Source of the DNA: Candidatus Fervidifonticultor secundus
Lineage (GTDB): Bacteria; Sysuimicrobiota; Sysuimicrobiia; Sysuimicrobiales; Humicultoraceae
Length of the DNA stretch: 64,000 nt
Assembly: GCA_031459385.1 (NCBI GenBank)
Contig: JAVKIP010000001.1
Location: 192,001 to 256,000 of the forward strand
Reading direction: 5' to 3'
Positions within the stretch are counted from its first letter, which is position 1. Each line of letters opens with the position of its first letter. Below the pieces are notes generated by a model. That model made no database searches. It saw only the letters and a list, made by a program, of their open reading frames with translations, and was not told the DNA's origin. A program made the position numbers and the translations under genes. Of this stretch, positions 11,991 through 23,793 are shown piece after piece.

Positions 11991-12449
11991 CTACCCGAAC
12001 AGGCGCGGCTTCCCCAGCAGCGCCCGCAGCGTGGTGATCTTGCCGACGTGGTAGCCGCGGTGGTAGGTCGCGAAGGCCAGCATCTCGCCGACGGTGCTGT
12101 AGTTGCGGGCGTCCACGCGGGCGGCGAGATCGGCGGTCCGCGCGATCTCTTCCAGGCGTCCCTGCCCGCGGTTGACGGCGTCGCGCACCTCAGCCAGGGG
12201 TGGATAGGCCGCGGGACCGCCGGTGCCCGTCGCGAACAGTCCTTCGTAGCCTGCCGGCGGTTCGGTCCGGCCGTCGGCGCGCCGCGCGAACCCCGCGTCG
12301 GCCAGCGCGATGTGCCCGGCCTGCCAGATGATCGGTGTGAGCCCGTGGGGCGTACGCCGGGCCTCGTCGTCGGTCAGGTCCTCCAGACAGCGCAGGAGCC
12401 GCGCGTGGGTCGCGGTCAGGCCGTAGAGCAGCACGGCTCTAATGTCCAT
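11991..12449 (-). CDS. DinB/YfiT-like protein
   Basis: IIWQAGHIA and YHRGYHVGKITTLRALLG His motifs; GGAGGG RBS. Confidence 0.8.
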   Translation of the reverse strand: MDIRAVLLYGLTATHARLLRCLEDLTDDEARRTPHGLTPIIWQAGHIALADAGFARRADGRTEPPAGYEGLFATGTGGPAAYPPLAEVRDAVNRGQGRLEEIARTADLAARVDARNYSTVGEMLAFATYHRGYHVGKITTLRALLGKPRLFG

Positions 12450-12666
12450 CGCGTCCCTCCCAGCCCGCCAGGGCACCAGGTCACGACGTGGCGGCAACGG
12501 AGAGTTCGGGGCTTCGCCCCTCGGTCCCTTGCGGGCCGGGCGTTCCTGGTGCGTGCGGCGGCATGGAGGAGAAGCCGCCGCCGGCCGAAAAGACCCGCCC
12601 CGTGATGCGCGACGTCCGCGTGCGCCGGACGAGCCGTGGCACGGTCGGTGGCGGCGGGGCCCTGGG

Positions 12667-13134
12667 GTGGACCTGATCGCCGTCAAGCGCGGCATCCTGG
12701 TGTTCTGGGCCGTCTGGCACGCCGTCGTCTGGCTCGCCAATGCGTGCGACGCGCTGAAGGCCGCGGGGGTGTTGCCGCGGTCCTGGAAGTTCGCGTCCGG
12801 CAACTGGGGGGCGATCCGGGACGCGCTCGGGGTCTACCGGACGCCACCCTGGCTCGCGGTGGCAATGTTCGGCGGGGTGCTGGCCTGGCAGGCGACCGCC
12901 GCCGCGCTGATGTGGCGGGCTGCCCTGGCGGCTGCGACGGCAGGCGCGTTCACGGACGGTCCGCTCGCCGCTGCCGCGACGTCCGCGTTCGGCACATCGG
13001 CAGCGCTGTGGGCTGCGCTGGTCCTCGCGGACGAAGTGCTGATCGCCTACCACCACGAGGGCGCGCACCTGCGGATCCTGACGGCGCTGCTGGTCTCGCT
13101 GCTGGCGATCCGGCTGCTGCCCGACGGGGTGTGA
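12667..13134 (+). CDS. Hypothetical 4-TM membrane protein
   Basis: Four hydrophobic segments and a FASGNW loop; start codon uncertain. Confidence 0.6.
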   Translation: MDLIAVKRGILVFWAVWHAVVWLANACDALKAAGVLPRSWKFASGNWGAIRDALGVYRTPPWLAVAMFGGVLAWQATAAALMWRAALAAATAGAFTDGPLAAAATSAFGTSAALWAALVLADEVLIAYHHEGAHLRILTALLVSLLAIRLLPDGV

Positions 13135-13158
13135 GCCGCGAACCACGAGCGCGCGTCG

Positions 13159-15156
13159 ATGCCGGGAAGCACTGTGGGACGCAGGGACGGGCATCCACCG
13201 AGGCCACAGCGTGCTGGGGGACCGCGGCGGCTCCGCTCGATGCTGCTGGGGCTCGCGCTGGCGGCCGCGGCCGTCGCCGCCCCGCCCGGCGCGCGCGGCC
13301 AGGGGGCCGGGCGGGCCATCGTCCTCTCATGGGACGGCGTGGTGCCTGCGGAGGTCCACGCGCTGCTGCGCGAGGGCCGCCTGCCGCACCTCGGCCGCCT
13401 GATCGCCGACGGCGCGCTCGCCGACGACGTGGTCACCGCCTTTCCCTCCAAGACCGCCGCGGGACACGCATCACTGTGGACCGGCGCGCCCCCGCGCCTC
13501 ACGGGCATCTCGGGCAACGCCGTGCCCCGGACGCCGCGGGCGCAGCACACGATGCTCGACTTCACCTCGGGCTTCGCCTCCACGGCGCTGCAGGCCGAGC
13601 CGCTGTGGATGGCCGCCGCCCGCGCCGGCCGCCGCGCCGTGATCGTCCAGGCCACGCAGGGCTGGCCCTTCGAGCCCTACGTGCGGGACGGCCCGTTCGG
13701 GCCGGGGCAGGCGGCGCGGCTCGTGCTGTTCGAAGGCTATGCCGGCATCCTCGGGGGCGACCTGGCGCTGACCGCGCGGGGGGCCCCGCCCCGGCCCGCG
13801 GAGGGCTGGGTGAACTTCCCGCCGTCCTTCGCGCCGCCGCTCGCGATCACCGTGCCGGCGGGGGCCACGACGCTGCACGGGATCTTCATCGACGACCCTG
13901 CCGACCCCACCCGCGGCTACGACACGCTGCTCATCGCGCGAGACCGGGACGCCGCGCAGCCCGAGGCCCGCCTCAAACCCGGACCCTCCTCCCCCGGGAC
14001 GCTCGACCGCTGGAGCCCGGTGCTGAAGGTGGCGGCAGGCGGTGAGCGCGACGCCGGGCTCTATCTCCGGCTGTTCGACCTGCGGCCGGACGGACGCGAC
14101 TTCCTCCTGTACGTGACGCGGCCCGTCCGCGAGCTGAGCTCGCGCCCGGAGCTGCTGCCAGCGCTGCGCGCTGCGGCCGGCGTTTTCGTCGGCAACGGCG
14201 CGGGCCGGCTCTACGAGCAGGGCGCGTTCGGCCGGACGATTCCCGTCGGCGGCGACGGGACGGCGGAGCAACGCTACCTGGAGACCGTCCGGCTGGTACA
14301 CCGCCACCTCATGGCGGCCACGCGATGGGTGCTAGAGCGTCTGCCGTGGGACCTCGTCTTCGCCTACACGCCGTTTCCCGACGAGGCCGAGCACCTGTGG
14401 CGCGGCTATCTGGAGCCCTCGCTGCCGGGGCACCGGCCGGAGGTCGCCGAGCGGCTGCGGCCCTACCTGGCCGAGGTCTACCAGCAGTGCGACGAGTTCC
14501 TGGGCCTGGTGGCGCGGCTGCGGCCGTCGGGTACCGTGATCGCGCTGGTCTCCGACCACGGGATGGAAGGCGTGGACCGGCTGGTGCGCGTGAACGTCGC
14601 GCTCCAGCGGGCGGGGCTGCTGACGCTCGACGCGCAGGGCCGCGTCGACCTGGCCCGCACGCGGGCCTGGTACCCGCCCGCCAGCAACGCGTACCTGCTG
14701 CTCAACACGCGCGACCGCCGCGGGGGCATCGTGGACGCCGACGAGCGCAGGGCGGTCGTGGCGGCCGTGCGGCGCGCGCTCGAGGAGGTGCGGGACGGCG
14801 GCCGGCCCCTGGTCACCGCGGTCATCGATGCAGAAGTCGACGGCGCCCCCCGCGGCATCGGCGGGCCGGCCGGTGGCGACGTCTACCTGGACCTGGCGCC
14901 CGGCTACGACTTCGATGCGCGGCTGGACGCCGCCGAGGTGGTCGTACCGCGGGCACCGTACGGGGCGCACCTGTTCGACCCGCTCCGTCCCACGATGCGG
15001 ACGCTCCTGGTGCTCCAGGGGCCCGGCGTGGCTGCCGGCCGGCGGCTCCGCGGTGTGCGGACCATCGACGTCGCGCCCACCCTGGCCGACCTGCTCGGCA
15101 TGCCACCGCCGCGCCACGCCACCGGCCGCGTGCTGGTCGAGGCGCTGGCGCGCTGA
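13159..15156 (+). CDS. Secreted alkaline phosphatase superfamily protein (nucleotide pyrophosphatase/phosphodiesterase type)
   Basis: SWDG, FPSKTAAGH (Thr nucleophile), DEAEH, SDHGM, IDVAPTLA; signal peptide; alternative start 13240. Confidence 0.85.
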   Translation: MPGSTVGRRDGHPPRPQRAGGPRRLRSMLLGLALAAAAVAAPPGARGQGAGRAIVLSWDGVVPAEVHALLREGRLPHLGRLIADGALADDVVTAFPSKTAAGHASLWTGAPPRLTGISGNAVPRTPRAQHTMLDFTSGFASTALQAEPLWMAAARAGRRAVIVQATQGWPFEPYVRDGPFGPGQAARLVLFEGYAGILGGDLALTARGAPPRPAEGWVNFPPSFAPPLAITVPAGATTLHGIFIDDPADPTRGYDTLLIARDRDAAQPEARLKPGPSSPGTLDRWSPVLKVAAGGERDAGLYLRLFDLRPDGRDFLLYVTRPVRELSSRPELLPALRAAAGVFVGNGAGRLYEQGAFGRTIPVGGDGTAEQRYLETVRLVHRHLMAATRWVLERLPWDLVFAYTPFPDEAEHLWRGYLEPSLPGHRPEVAERLRPYLAEVYQQCDEFLGLVARLRPSGTVIALVSDHGMEGVDRLVRVNVALQRAGLLTLDAQGRVDLARTRAWYPPASNAYLLLNTRDRRGGIVDADERRAVVAAVRRALEEVRDGGRPLVTAVIDAEVDGAPRGIGGPAGGDVYLDLAPGYDFDARLDAAEVVVPRAPYGAHLFDPLRPTMRTLLVLQGPGVAAGRRLRGVRTIDVAPTLADLLGMPPPRHATGRVLVEALAR

Positions 15157-15210
15157 GATGCGGGACCCCCGCAGGAGACCGCGCGGCAGCGGGCGAACGC
15201 GAGCACGGTC

Positions 15211-16446
<1,236 letters not shown>

Positions 16447-16483
16447 GGAGGGCGAGCGGCCGACAACTCCTGGGAGGTGAGGT

Positions 16484-17491
16484 GTGGCCGCAGCGCGACG
16501 ACTCCACCGCTATCCCGTGACCGTCGATCTGCACGGAGGCGAGATCGCGCTCTACGTCCACGAGGTCGTCGGCGCCCGCGATGGTCCCGCCATGGGCGTG
16601 CTCTCCACGCTGCACGGGAGCGAGTGGCTGTCGGTGGAGATCCTCCGACGGTTGCTGCAGCGTGTGGATCCGCAGGCCCTGGCCGGGCGGGTGCTGGCCG
16701 TGCCCGTCGGGAACCCGGCGGCGTTCGCGTACCTGACCCGCAGCACGCCCGACGAATCGGATTCGCCGGACCTGAACCGCGTCTTCCCGGGACAGCACAC
16801 CTGGATCAGCGATCTGCTGGCCCAGGCCATCACCCGGCACGTGCTGACGCAGGTGCAGTATCTCATCGACCTGCACCTGGGGCTGTGGGGGGCCAGCTTC
16901 TACTGCGTGGCGTGGCCCAAGGACCTGCCCGAGCGCGAGCAGGTGCATCGCGCCGGCGTGATGGCCCACGCCTATGGGTGTCCGCTGATCCAGCACCTGT
17001 CGCTCCTCACGCGATTCCCCGGACCGCGCTCGGCGGCCGGCTACGCGGCCCAGCACCTGGGCGTGGTGCCGCTGCTGGTGGAGATCGGCGGCGCCGGGTT
17101 CGCGCCCGCGCTGGAGGAGCGCTGGATCGAGGAGAACGTCGCGGGCATCATCAGCGTGCTGCGCGCGCTGGGCATGCTCGACGGTGAGCCGCGTCGCCTC
17201 GACCGCTACCTGCACTACACGCGCCACGTCCGCGTCAACCCGTCGGTCGCCGGCTACCTCCTGCCCGCGGTGGGGCCCGACGTCCTGGGCCGCGATGTCG
17301 CCGCGGGGCAGGAAGCGGGACGCGTGGTGAGTCCGTACACGTTCGAGAACCTGGAGGTGCTGCGCGTGCCAGTGCGCGGGGCCTGGGTGATGGTCTCGCG
17401 GCCCTACCCGGTGCGGCCGGGGTACTGGGCGTTCGGGGTTGCGGACCTCGAGGACCCCGACGCCGGCTGGGGACCCGCGCGCACGGTCTGA
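16484..17491 (+). CDS. Succinylglutamate desuccinylase/aspartoacylase (M14-like) family deacylase
   Basis: LHGSE, DLNRVFPG, IDLH, VEIGG. Confidence 0.85.
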   Translation: MAAARRLHRYPVTVDLHGGEIALYVHEVVGARDGPAMGVLSTLHGSEWLSVEILRRLLQRVDPQALAGRVLAVPVGNPAAFAYLTRSTPDESDSPDLNRVFPGQHTWISDLLAQAITRHVLTQVQYLIDLHLGLWGASFYCVAWPKDLPEREQVHRAGVMAHAYGCPLIQHLSLLTRFPGPRSAAGYAAQHLGVVPLLVEIGGAGFAPALEERWIEENVAGIISVLRALGMLDGEPRRLDRYLHYTRHVRVNPSVAGYLLPAVGPDVLGRDVAAGQEAGRVVSPYTFENLEVLRVPVRGAWVMVSRPYPVRPGYWAFGVADLEDPDAGWGPARTV

Positions 17492-17495
17492 GCCC

Positions 17496-18413
17496 ATGGG
17501 CTTCCTCACCCGGCGCCTGGTGCAGCTGGTGATCGTGCTCCTCGGCGTATCGGCCGTCGTCTTCGGCATCGTCCGGTTGACCGGTGACCCCGTGATCATC
17601 CTGTTGGGCGAGAGCGCCCCGCCCGAGGCCGTGGCCGCCATGCGTGCGGAACTTGGGCTCGACCGCCCGATCTACGTGCAGTACCTCCGGTTCCTGGCGA
17701 GTGCCGTGCGGGGAGATTTCGGCGACTCGCTGCGCTACCGCCAGGCGGCCCTGAGCCTCTTCATCGAGCGCCTGCCGGCCACCCTGGAGCTGGCCACCGC
17801 GGCGCTGGCGTTGGCGCTGGCCGTGGGGCTGCCCGCCGGCGTGGCCGCGGCCCTGCGCCCGCGCTCGGTGTTCGACGGGGTCGTGCGGCTCCTGGCGCTG
17901 GTCGGCCAGGCCGTGCCCGGCTTCTACCTCGGGCTGGTGGCGATCATCGTCTTCGGCGCGCACCTCAAGTGGCTCCCCACGGGTGGGCGCGGGACGTCGG
18001 CACAGCTGCTGCTGCCGGCGGTGACGCTGGCGGCGTACCAGATCGCGGTCGTGGCCCGCTTCGCCCGCGGCGCCATGCTGGAAGTGCTGGGAGAGGACTA
18101 CGTGCGCACGGCGCGGGCCAAGGGGCTGGCGCGGGTCCGTGTTGTCGCGGTGCACGCGCTGCGCAACGCGCTGATCCCCATTGTGACGATCCTGGGGTTG
18201 CAGGTCGGTACCCTGCTGTCCGGCGCCGTGGTCACCGAGACCGTCTTCAGCTGGCCCGGGGTCGGCCGGCTGGCGGTACAGGCGATCTACGCCCGTGACT
18301 TCCCCGTCGTGCAGGTGACCGTGATGGCGACGGCGGTGCTCTTCGTGGTGGTCAATCTGCTGACCGACGTGCTCTACGTGCTGATCGACCCGCGCATTCG
18401 CACCGCCGAGTAG
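17496..18413 (+). CDS. Peptide/nickel ABC transporter permease (DppB-like)
   Basis: GDP, LGLDRP..QY, DYVRTARAKG, HALRNAL, ETVFSWPG. Confidence 0.95.
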   Translation: MGFLTRRLVQLVIVLLGVSAVVFGIVRLTGDPVIILLGESAPPEAVAAMRAELGLDRPIYVQYLRFLASAVRGDFGDSLRYRQAALSLFIERLPATLELATAALALALAVGLPAGVAAALRPRSVFDGVVRLLALVGQAVPGFYLGLVAIIVFGAHLKWLPTGGRGTSAQLLLPAVTLAAYQIAVVARFARGAMLEVLGEDYVRTARAKGLARVRVVAVHALRNALIPIVTILGLQVGTLLSGAVVTETVFSWPGVGRLAVQAIYARDFPVVQVTVMATAVLFVVVNLLTDVLYVLIDPRIRTAE

Positions 18414-18418
18414 TCGCG

Positions 18419-19321
18419 GTGCGCCCGATCGCCCGTCCGGCCTTCCACCCGTCTCGCCGGCGACGCGCAGTAGAGGCGTTCCTGCGCGACCGCGTCGCGG
18501 TCGCCGGCCTGGTGTTGCTCACCGTCATCGTGGGGGCCTCCGTCTGGCCGGTGACCTGGCTGCCCCACCCGCCGGCGTGGTCGGACCTCGATGCGCGGCT
18601 GGCGCCGCCCGCGTTCCTCCCTGGCGGGTCGGCGCACTACCTGCTGGGGACCGACACCCTGGGCCGCGACCTCCTCAGCCGCATCATGTACGGTGGACGG
18701 TTCTCTCTGTTCGTCGCCTCGGCGGCGGTGGCGCTGGGCGGTGCCGTCGGCATCACTGCCGGCCTGCTGGCCGGCTACCGGGGCGGGATGCTGGACGTGA
18801 TCGTCATGCGCCTCGTGGACGTCCAGCTCGCGTTTCCCCTGGTGCTGCTGGTGATCGCCGTCATCGCCGTGGTGGGGCCCAGTCTATCGGTGCTGGTGGT
18901 GACGCTGGGGCTGCCCGCCTGGGCCCACTACGCGCGCATCGTCCGGGGCACCACCCTCAGCGTCGTGGCCAGCCAGTACGTCGAAGCGGCGCGGGCGCTG
19001 GGCTGCCGGGAGCCTCGCGTGCTGTGGCGCCACGTGCTGCCCAACCTGGCCACGCCTGTGGTGATCCTGACGACCTTCGAGCTTGCCAGGCTGCTCCTGC
19101 TGGAGTCCGCGGTCTCGTTCCTGGGGCTGGGCGTCCAGCCACCTACGCCGTCATGGGGCACCATGATTGCCGACGGGCGCAACCACATCTACGAGGGCTG
19201 GTGGATATCCACGATGCCGGGGCTCGCCATCTGCCTGACGGTGCTGGCTTTCAACGTCATCGGCGACGGCCTGCGCGACCTGCTCGATCCGCGCGGCCAC
19301 GGCCGGCGTGCCGGCGCATGA
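18419..19321 (+). CDS. Peptide/nickel ABC transporter permease (DppC-like)
   Basis: LGTDTLGRD, YVEAARALG, SFLGLGVQPPTPSWG, GDGLRD. Confidence 0.95.
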   Translation: MRPIARPAFHPSRRRRAVEAFLRDRVAVAGLVLLTVIVGASVWPVTWLPHPPAWSDLDARLAPPAFLPGGSAHYLLGTDTLGRDLLSRIMYGGRFSLFVASAAVALGGAVGITAGLLAGYRGGMLDVIVMRLVDVQLAFPLVLLVIAVIAVVGPSLSVLVVTLGLPAWAHYARIVRGTTLSVVASQYVEAARALGCREPRVLWRHVLPNLATPVVILTTFELARLLLLESAVSFLGLGVQPPTPSWGTMIADGRNHIYEGWWISTMPGLAICLTVLAFNVIGDGLRDLLDPRGHGRRAGA

Positions 19322-19421
19322 CGCGCGTCCGGCAATGCTCGACTTCCCGGGTCTGCCTGGAGGAGGCGCGTTCGGCCACACCGAACCACGGGTGCGCATT
19401 GCGATTGTCCGATGAGGAGGC

Positions 19422-20969
19422 ATGATGATGCGGACGACGGCAGTGTGCGCGCGGATTCTCGTGGCGCTCTCGGTGCCGGGGCTGGTGCTGGCGGGGATAC
19501 CGGTGGCTGTGCTGGGCGCGCCGCGCACGCCGCGCGATACGCTGGTGGTGGCCCAGGGCTTCGACCCCCGCTGCCTCTCGCCGCTGTTCGGCACGGCCCA
19601 ACCCGACAAGAACGTCAGCGGGCAGGTCGTCGAGCGGCTGGTGACGTTCTCGCCCGACTCGCTGGGTTTCCTGCCCGAGCTGGCGATTCGCTGGGAGAAG
19701 ACCGCCCCCGATACCCTGCGGCTGCACCTGCGGCGGGGCGTGCGGTTCACCAACGGTGAAGAGTTCAACGCCCACAGCGCCCGCTACAGCCTGGAGCAGA
19801 TGCTGCAGGCGCGCGCCCTGGCCTTCTTCGTCTCGGCGTTGCGAGGCGCCGAGGTGGTCGATCTCTACACGGTGGACATCAAGGCCAAGGGCCCGACGTC
19901 TGAGCGGCTGATGCTGACAGCCCTGGCAATGGGCTCGTTCCAGTATCCGCCCGTGTACACAGAGCAGGTCGGGCTCCTGCGCGGGTTCTGCCAGCGACCG
20001 GTCGGTACGGGGCCGTTCAAACTGGTCGAGTGGGTAAAGGATGACCGCGTGGTCTTCGAGCCCAACGCCGACTACTGGGGCGGTGCGCCGCGGATCCGGC
20101 GTCTCGTCATCCGCCCGATCCCCGAAGGTGCGGCCCGGGTCGCCGCACTGCAGGCCGGCGATATCGACGTTGCCACGCTCCTGCCGCTGGAGGCCTACGA
20201 GCGCGTCGCCGGCGACCCCAGTCTCACCACGTACTCCCTGCGAGGCATGCGGGTCTTCGGGCTCATGCTGGCCCAGAAGTGGGAAGGACCGCTGCGGGAC
20301 AGGAAGGTGCGCCAGGCCCTGCAGTACGCCATCGATACCGACAGCCTCGTTCGCTCGTTGCTCAAGGGGCGTGCGCGCCGGCTCGAGGGGCAGCCGCTGA
20401 CGCCTGAGTATTTTGGCTACCAGCACGACCTGAAGGCGACGCCCTACGATCCTGACCGGGCCAGGCGGCTGCTGGCCGAGGCAGGATACCCCAACGGGTT
20501 CCAGGTGACGTTCAAGTACCCCCACGGCCGCTACCCGCAGGACAAGGAGCTCAGCGAGGCGATTGCGGCGCAGCTGCTGAAGGTCGGCATCCGGACACAA
20601 CAGGTCGTCATGGAGCCCGGCGAGTTCCTGACGCAACTGAGCCAGCTCGGGCTGCGGGACATGTTCTTCTTCGGCACCCTGCCGCCCCCGGACGCGCACT
20701 TCATGCTGACCCAGTACATCTGCAACTTCCGATATGCCTACTGGTGCCGTCCGGAGTTCGACCAGTTGATGGCCCGGGCGTCGGCCACGGCCGACGACAG
20801 AGAGCGGCTGCGTCTGTACCGGGAGATGCTGCTGCTCATGCAGGATGACCCGCCCCACGTGCCGCTGTTTGCCCAGTCCGACCTCTACGCGACGGCGAAG
20901 GCCGTGGCGGGATGGCGGCCGTACAAAGACCAGTCGTTGTACCTGGCCAAAGCCTACAAGCGGGACTGA
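19422..20969 (+). CDS. ABC solute-binding protein family 5
   Basis: Signal peptide, LRRGVRF, PVGTGPF, RVAALQAGDID, VRQALQYAID, LAEAGY. Confidence 0.95.
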   Translation: MMMRTTAVCARILVALSVPGLVLAGIPVAVLGAPRTPRDTLVVAQGFDPRCLSPLFGTAQPDKNVSGQVVERLVTFSPDSLGFLPELAIRWEKTAPDTLRLHLRRGVRFTNGEEFNAHSARYSLEQMLQARALAFFVSALRGAEVVDLYTVDIKAKGPTSERLMLTALAMGSFQYPPVYTEQVGLLRGFCQRPVGTGPFKLVEWVKDDRVVFEPNADYWGGAPRIRRLVIRPIPEGAARVAALQAGDIDVATLLPLEAYERVAGDPSLTTYSLRGMRVFGLMLAQKWEGPLRDRKVRQALQYAIDTDSLVRSLLKGRARRLEGQPLTPEYFGYQHDLKATPYDPDRARRLLAEAGYPNGFQVTFKYPHGRYPQDKELSEAIAAQLLKVGIRTQQVVMEPGEFLTQLSQLGLRDMFFFGTLPPPDAHFMLTQYICNFRYAYWCRPEFDQLMARASATADDRERLRLYREMLLLMQDDPPHVPLFAQSDLYATAKAVAGWRPYKDQSLYLAKAYKRD

Positions 20970-20972
20970 GCG

Positions 20973-21995
20973 GTGGCGCGGCGGGCTCCGGTCCCTGATG
21001 CGGTGGCGCTCCACCGTGACGCCATCGTCGTGGACATGTGCAGCTTCTACTTCCGGGGGGCCTCGCCGCAGATCGCTGCCAGCGGTGCAACGGCCCTCAA
21101 CGTGACGGTGCCCGAGGTCACTGCGACCTGGGCGGAGGCGCTGGAGGCCCTCGACGCGCACCATGCCATGATCACCGCCGACCCCGGGCGATGGGTGCAC
21201 GTGCGGGCCGCCCGCGACATTGGGGCGGCCAAGGCCGCCGGGCGGGTGGGGCTGATCTTCGGGTTCCAGAACACCGCGCCGGTCGGAGAGGATCTCGGGC
21301 GCATCCGGATCCTGTGGGATCGCGGGCTGCGCGTCCTGCAGCTGACCTACAACGAGCGCAACCCGTTCGGGGACGGGTGCCTGGTGGCCTCCGACGCCGG
21401 CCTGACGCCGCTGGGCCGGCGCGCAGTGCGCGAGATGAATGCCGTCGGGATGATCGTGGACCTGGCCCACGCGGGGTATCGGACCGCACGCGACGCGATT
21501 GACGTCTCCCACGCGCCGGTCGTCATTTCCCACGCGAACCCCCGGGCGCTGGCCGATAACCCGCGGAACATCCCCGATGATCTCATCCGCGCGGTCGCAG
21601 CCAGCGGCGGGGTGATCGGCGCCTGTGGCTGGGGACCGATCTGCTGGCGCGGCGGGCCCCGGCGGCCCGGCGTGGACGACCTGGTGGCTCACATCGACTA
21701 CATGGTCGCCCTGGCCGGCATCGACCACGTGGGCCTGGGGCTCGATTCCCCGGCCGCGGGCATCGGCACCGTGGCGGCCCACGCGGCCGCCGTCAACGCC
21801 GCCTACCCCCAGGTGGTGGGCGCGTGGCTGGCGCAGTTCGGCCCGGAGCTGGAAGGACGGTACGCGGTGCCGGTGGAGGCGTTGCCACGCGTTACCGACG
21901 CCTTGCTGCGGCGCGGCTATCCGCCCGATGGGGTGCGGAAGGTCCTGGGGGAGAACTTCCTCAGAGTGTTCGCGGCGGTCTGGCGCGATGACTGA
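20973..21995 (+). CDS. Membrane dipeptidase (M19)-like amidohydrolase with atypical metal site
   Basis: QLTYN, DLAH, ISHAN, RNIPD, HVGLGLD, GENFLRV; HxD absent, GFQN. Confidence 0.85.
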   Translation: MARRAPVPDAVALHRDAIVVDMCSFYFRGASPQIAASGATALNVTVPEVTATWAEALEALDAHHAMITADPGRWVHVRAARDIGAAKAAGRVGLIFGFQNTAPVGEDLGRIRILWDRGLRVLQLTYNERNPFGDGCLVASDAGLTPLGRRAVREMNAVGMIVDLAHAGYRTARDAIDVSHAPVVISHANPRALADNPRNIPDDLIRAVAASGGVIGACGWGPICWRGGPRRPGVDDLVAHIDYMVALAGIDHVGLGLDSPAAGIGTVAAHAAAVNAAYPQVVGAWLAQFGPELEGRYAVPVEALPRVTDALLRRGYPPDGVRKVLGENFLRVFAAVWRDD

Positions 21996-22983
21996 CGCCG
22001 CCACGGTGCATGCCGCCAGCATCGTCATCGACGGGACGACGTTCTTCCTCACGGGTATGACCGATCGGCTGACGCGCGCCGGAGTGACTGCCCTCAACCT
22101 CACCACTGCCTGGCCTGACGACGACCTCGAGCTGGCGGTCCAGCGCATCGAGGACTACTACGGCCTGGTGGCGCGGGAACCGCGGCTGGCCATCGTGGAG
22201 CGGGCGGAGGAGATTCCACGGCTCAAACAGGAGGGGCGCGTGGGGCTGGTTCTGGCCCTGCAGAACGCCCGGCCGGTTGGCACCCGCATAGAACGCGTGG
22301 AGACGTTGTGGCGGCTGGGTGTGCGCACCGTCCAGTTGACCTACAACGAGCGTAACTTCGTGGGCGACGGCTGCGGTGAGCCTACCGACGCCGGCCTGAG
22401 CGCGTTTGGCCGTACGCTGGTCCGCGCATTGAATCAGGCGGGCATCCTCATCGACCTCAGCCATGCCGGCCGCCGGACGTCGCTGGAGGCGATCGAGGCG
22501 TCGGCGCGCCCCTGCGTCTTCACGCACTCCAACCCGTACGCGCTGGTCCCGGTGCCCCGGAACATCACCGACGACCAGATCAGGGCGGTGGCTGCGGCGG
22601 GCGGTGTGGTCGGGTGCTCCTGTTTCCCGCCGCTGGTGTGGCGCGGGGGCGATCGGCTCCCCACGCGCGACGACTTCGTCGACTGCATCGCCTACGTGGC
22701 CGATCTGGTGGGTGTCGATCACGTGGGCATCGGCACCGACTCAGAGGCGACCGCTGGAGCCTATCCGCAGGAGCTGCGGGCGACGCTGCGCGCCAGGTAC
22801 GCCGCAACGGTGGGGACGTTCCACCAGCGGTTCCCGGACGGTCGAGTCCAGGGCCTGGAGGACGGCATGGCCGACTGGCCCCAGATCACGCAGGGGCTGC
22901 TGGCGCGCGGTTTTTCCGCAGACGACGTCCAGAAGATCAACGGCGGCAACTTCCTGCGGGTCTTCCGGCAGGTCTGGCGCTAA
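21988..22983 (+). CDS. Membrane dipeptidase (M19)-like amidohydrolase with atypical metal site (tandem paralog)
   Basis: QLTYN, DLSH, FTHSN, RNITD, HVGIGTD, GGNFLRV; HxD absent, ALQN. Confidence 0.85.
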   Translation: MTDAATVHAASIVIDGTTFFLTGMTDRLTRAGVTALNLTTAWPDDDLELAVQRIEDYYGLVAREPRLAIVERAEEIPRLKQEGRVGLVLALQNARPVGTRIERVETLWRLGVRTVQLTYNERNFVGDGCGEPTDAGLSAFGRTLVRALNQAGILIDLSHAGRRTSLEAIEASARPCVFTHSNPYALVPVPRNITDDQIRAVAAAGGVVGCSCFPPLVWRGGDRLPTRDDFVDCIAYVADLVGVDHVGIGTDSEATAGAYPQELRATLRARYAATVGTFHQRFPDGRVQGLEDGMADWPQITQGLLARGFSADDVQKINGGNFLRVFRQVWR

Positions 22984-23010
22984 CCGGCGCACCCGGGCGC
23001 AGCAGGATTT

Positions 23011-23031
23011 TGGTATGCAGGTGGTATACCA
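23011..23031. promoter_or_regulatory. Candidate GntR/FadR-type operator: palindrome TGGTATACCA plus an imperfect copy 11 bp upstream
   Basis: Perfect palindrome 23022-23031 and TGGTATGCA at 23011, in an AT-richer patch upstream of a GntR gene. Confidence 0.65.
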
Positions 23032-23067
23032 TCAACTTGGGAAGCAACCCGGAGGACGTCCGGCGAC

Positions 23068-23793
23068 ATGGTCCAGACAGGGCGCTCGTCGAAAGAAGCA
23101 GCATACGCGCAGTTGAAGCGCGCGATCCTCACCGCGGCCGTACGCCCGGGGGAGCCGTTCTCCGAGCGCGTGCTGGCCGCGCGTTTTCACCTGAGCCGCA
23201 CGCCCATCCGCGAGATCCTGCGGCGGCTGCAGCACGAGCACCTGGTCGAACTCGTGCCGCGCCGCGGGGCGTTCGTGCGGCGCCTGGATCCCCAGGAGGT
23301 CCTGGAGATCTTCCAGGCGCGCGAGACGGTGGAACCCGCAGCGGCCCGGCTGGCGGCGTGGCGGGCCGATGCCGGCGTGCTGCGGCGGCTGCGCCGGCAG
23401 TTCGACGCGCTGGAGCTCGCCGACCGGCCCGCGGCGCTTGCCGCTATGGTGGCGGCTGGCCGGCGGCTGCACGACGCGATCGTGGCCGCCTGCGGCAATC
23501 GGTACCTGCGGGAGATGTACGAGATCCTGAGCGCGCAGACTGCGCGCGTGCGCCAGATGACACGCGAGCACTTCGAGATCGAGCGCGAGTCCTACCGCTG
23601 GCACGTGCGAATCCTGGAGGCGCTACGGCGCGGCGACGCCGACAGGGCCGAGGGGGCGATGCGCGAACACCTGCGGGTCACGCGCGAGGCCCTGCTGCGG
23701 TGGCTGCTGGCGCCCGAGCAGCGGAATGGAGAGCCGCGTGCCGTGCCCACGAGGGTGCGGCCTACGAGGAGGAAGAGGCATGCGCACGGATGA
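23068..23793 (+). CDS. GntR family regulator (FadR/FCD type)
   Basis: wHTH SERVLA..SRTPIRE..PRRG; FCD-like LHDAIVAACGN..H..MREHL. Confidence 0.95.
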   Translation: MVQTGRSSKEAAYAQLKRAILTAAVRPGEPFSERVLAARFHLSRTPIREILRRLQHEHLVELVPRRGAFVRRLDPQEVLEIFQARETVEPAAARLAAWRADAGVLRRLRRQFDALELADRPAALAAMVAAGRRLHDAIVAACGNRYLREMYEILSAQTARVRQMTREHFEIERESYRWHVRILEALRRGDADRAEGAMREHLRVTREALLRWLLAPEQRNGEPRAVPTRVRPTRRKRHAHG

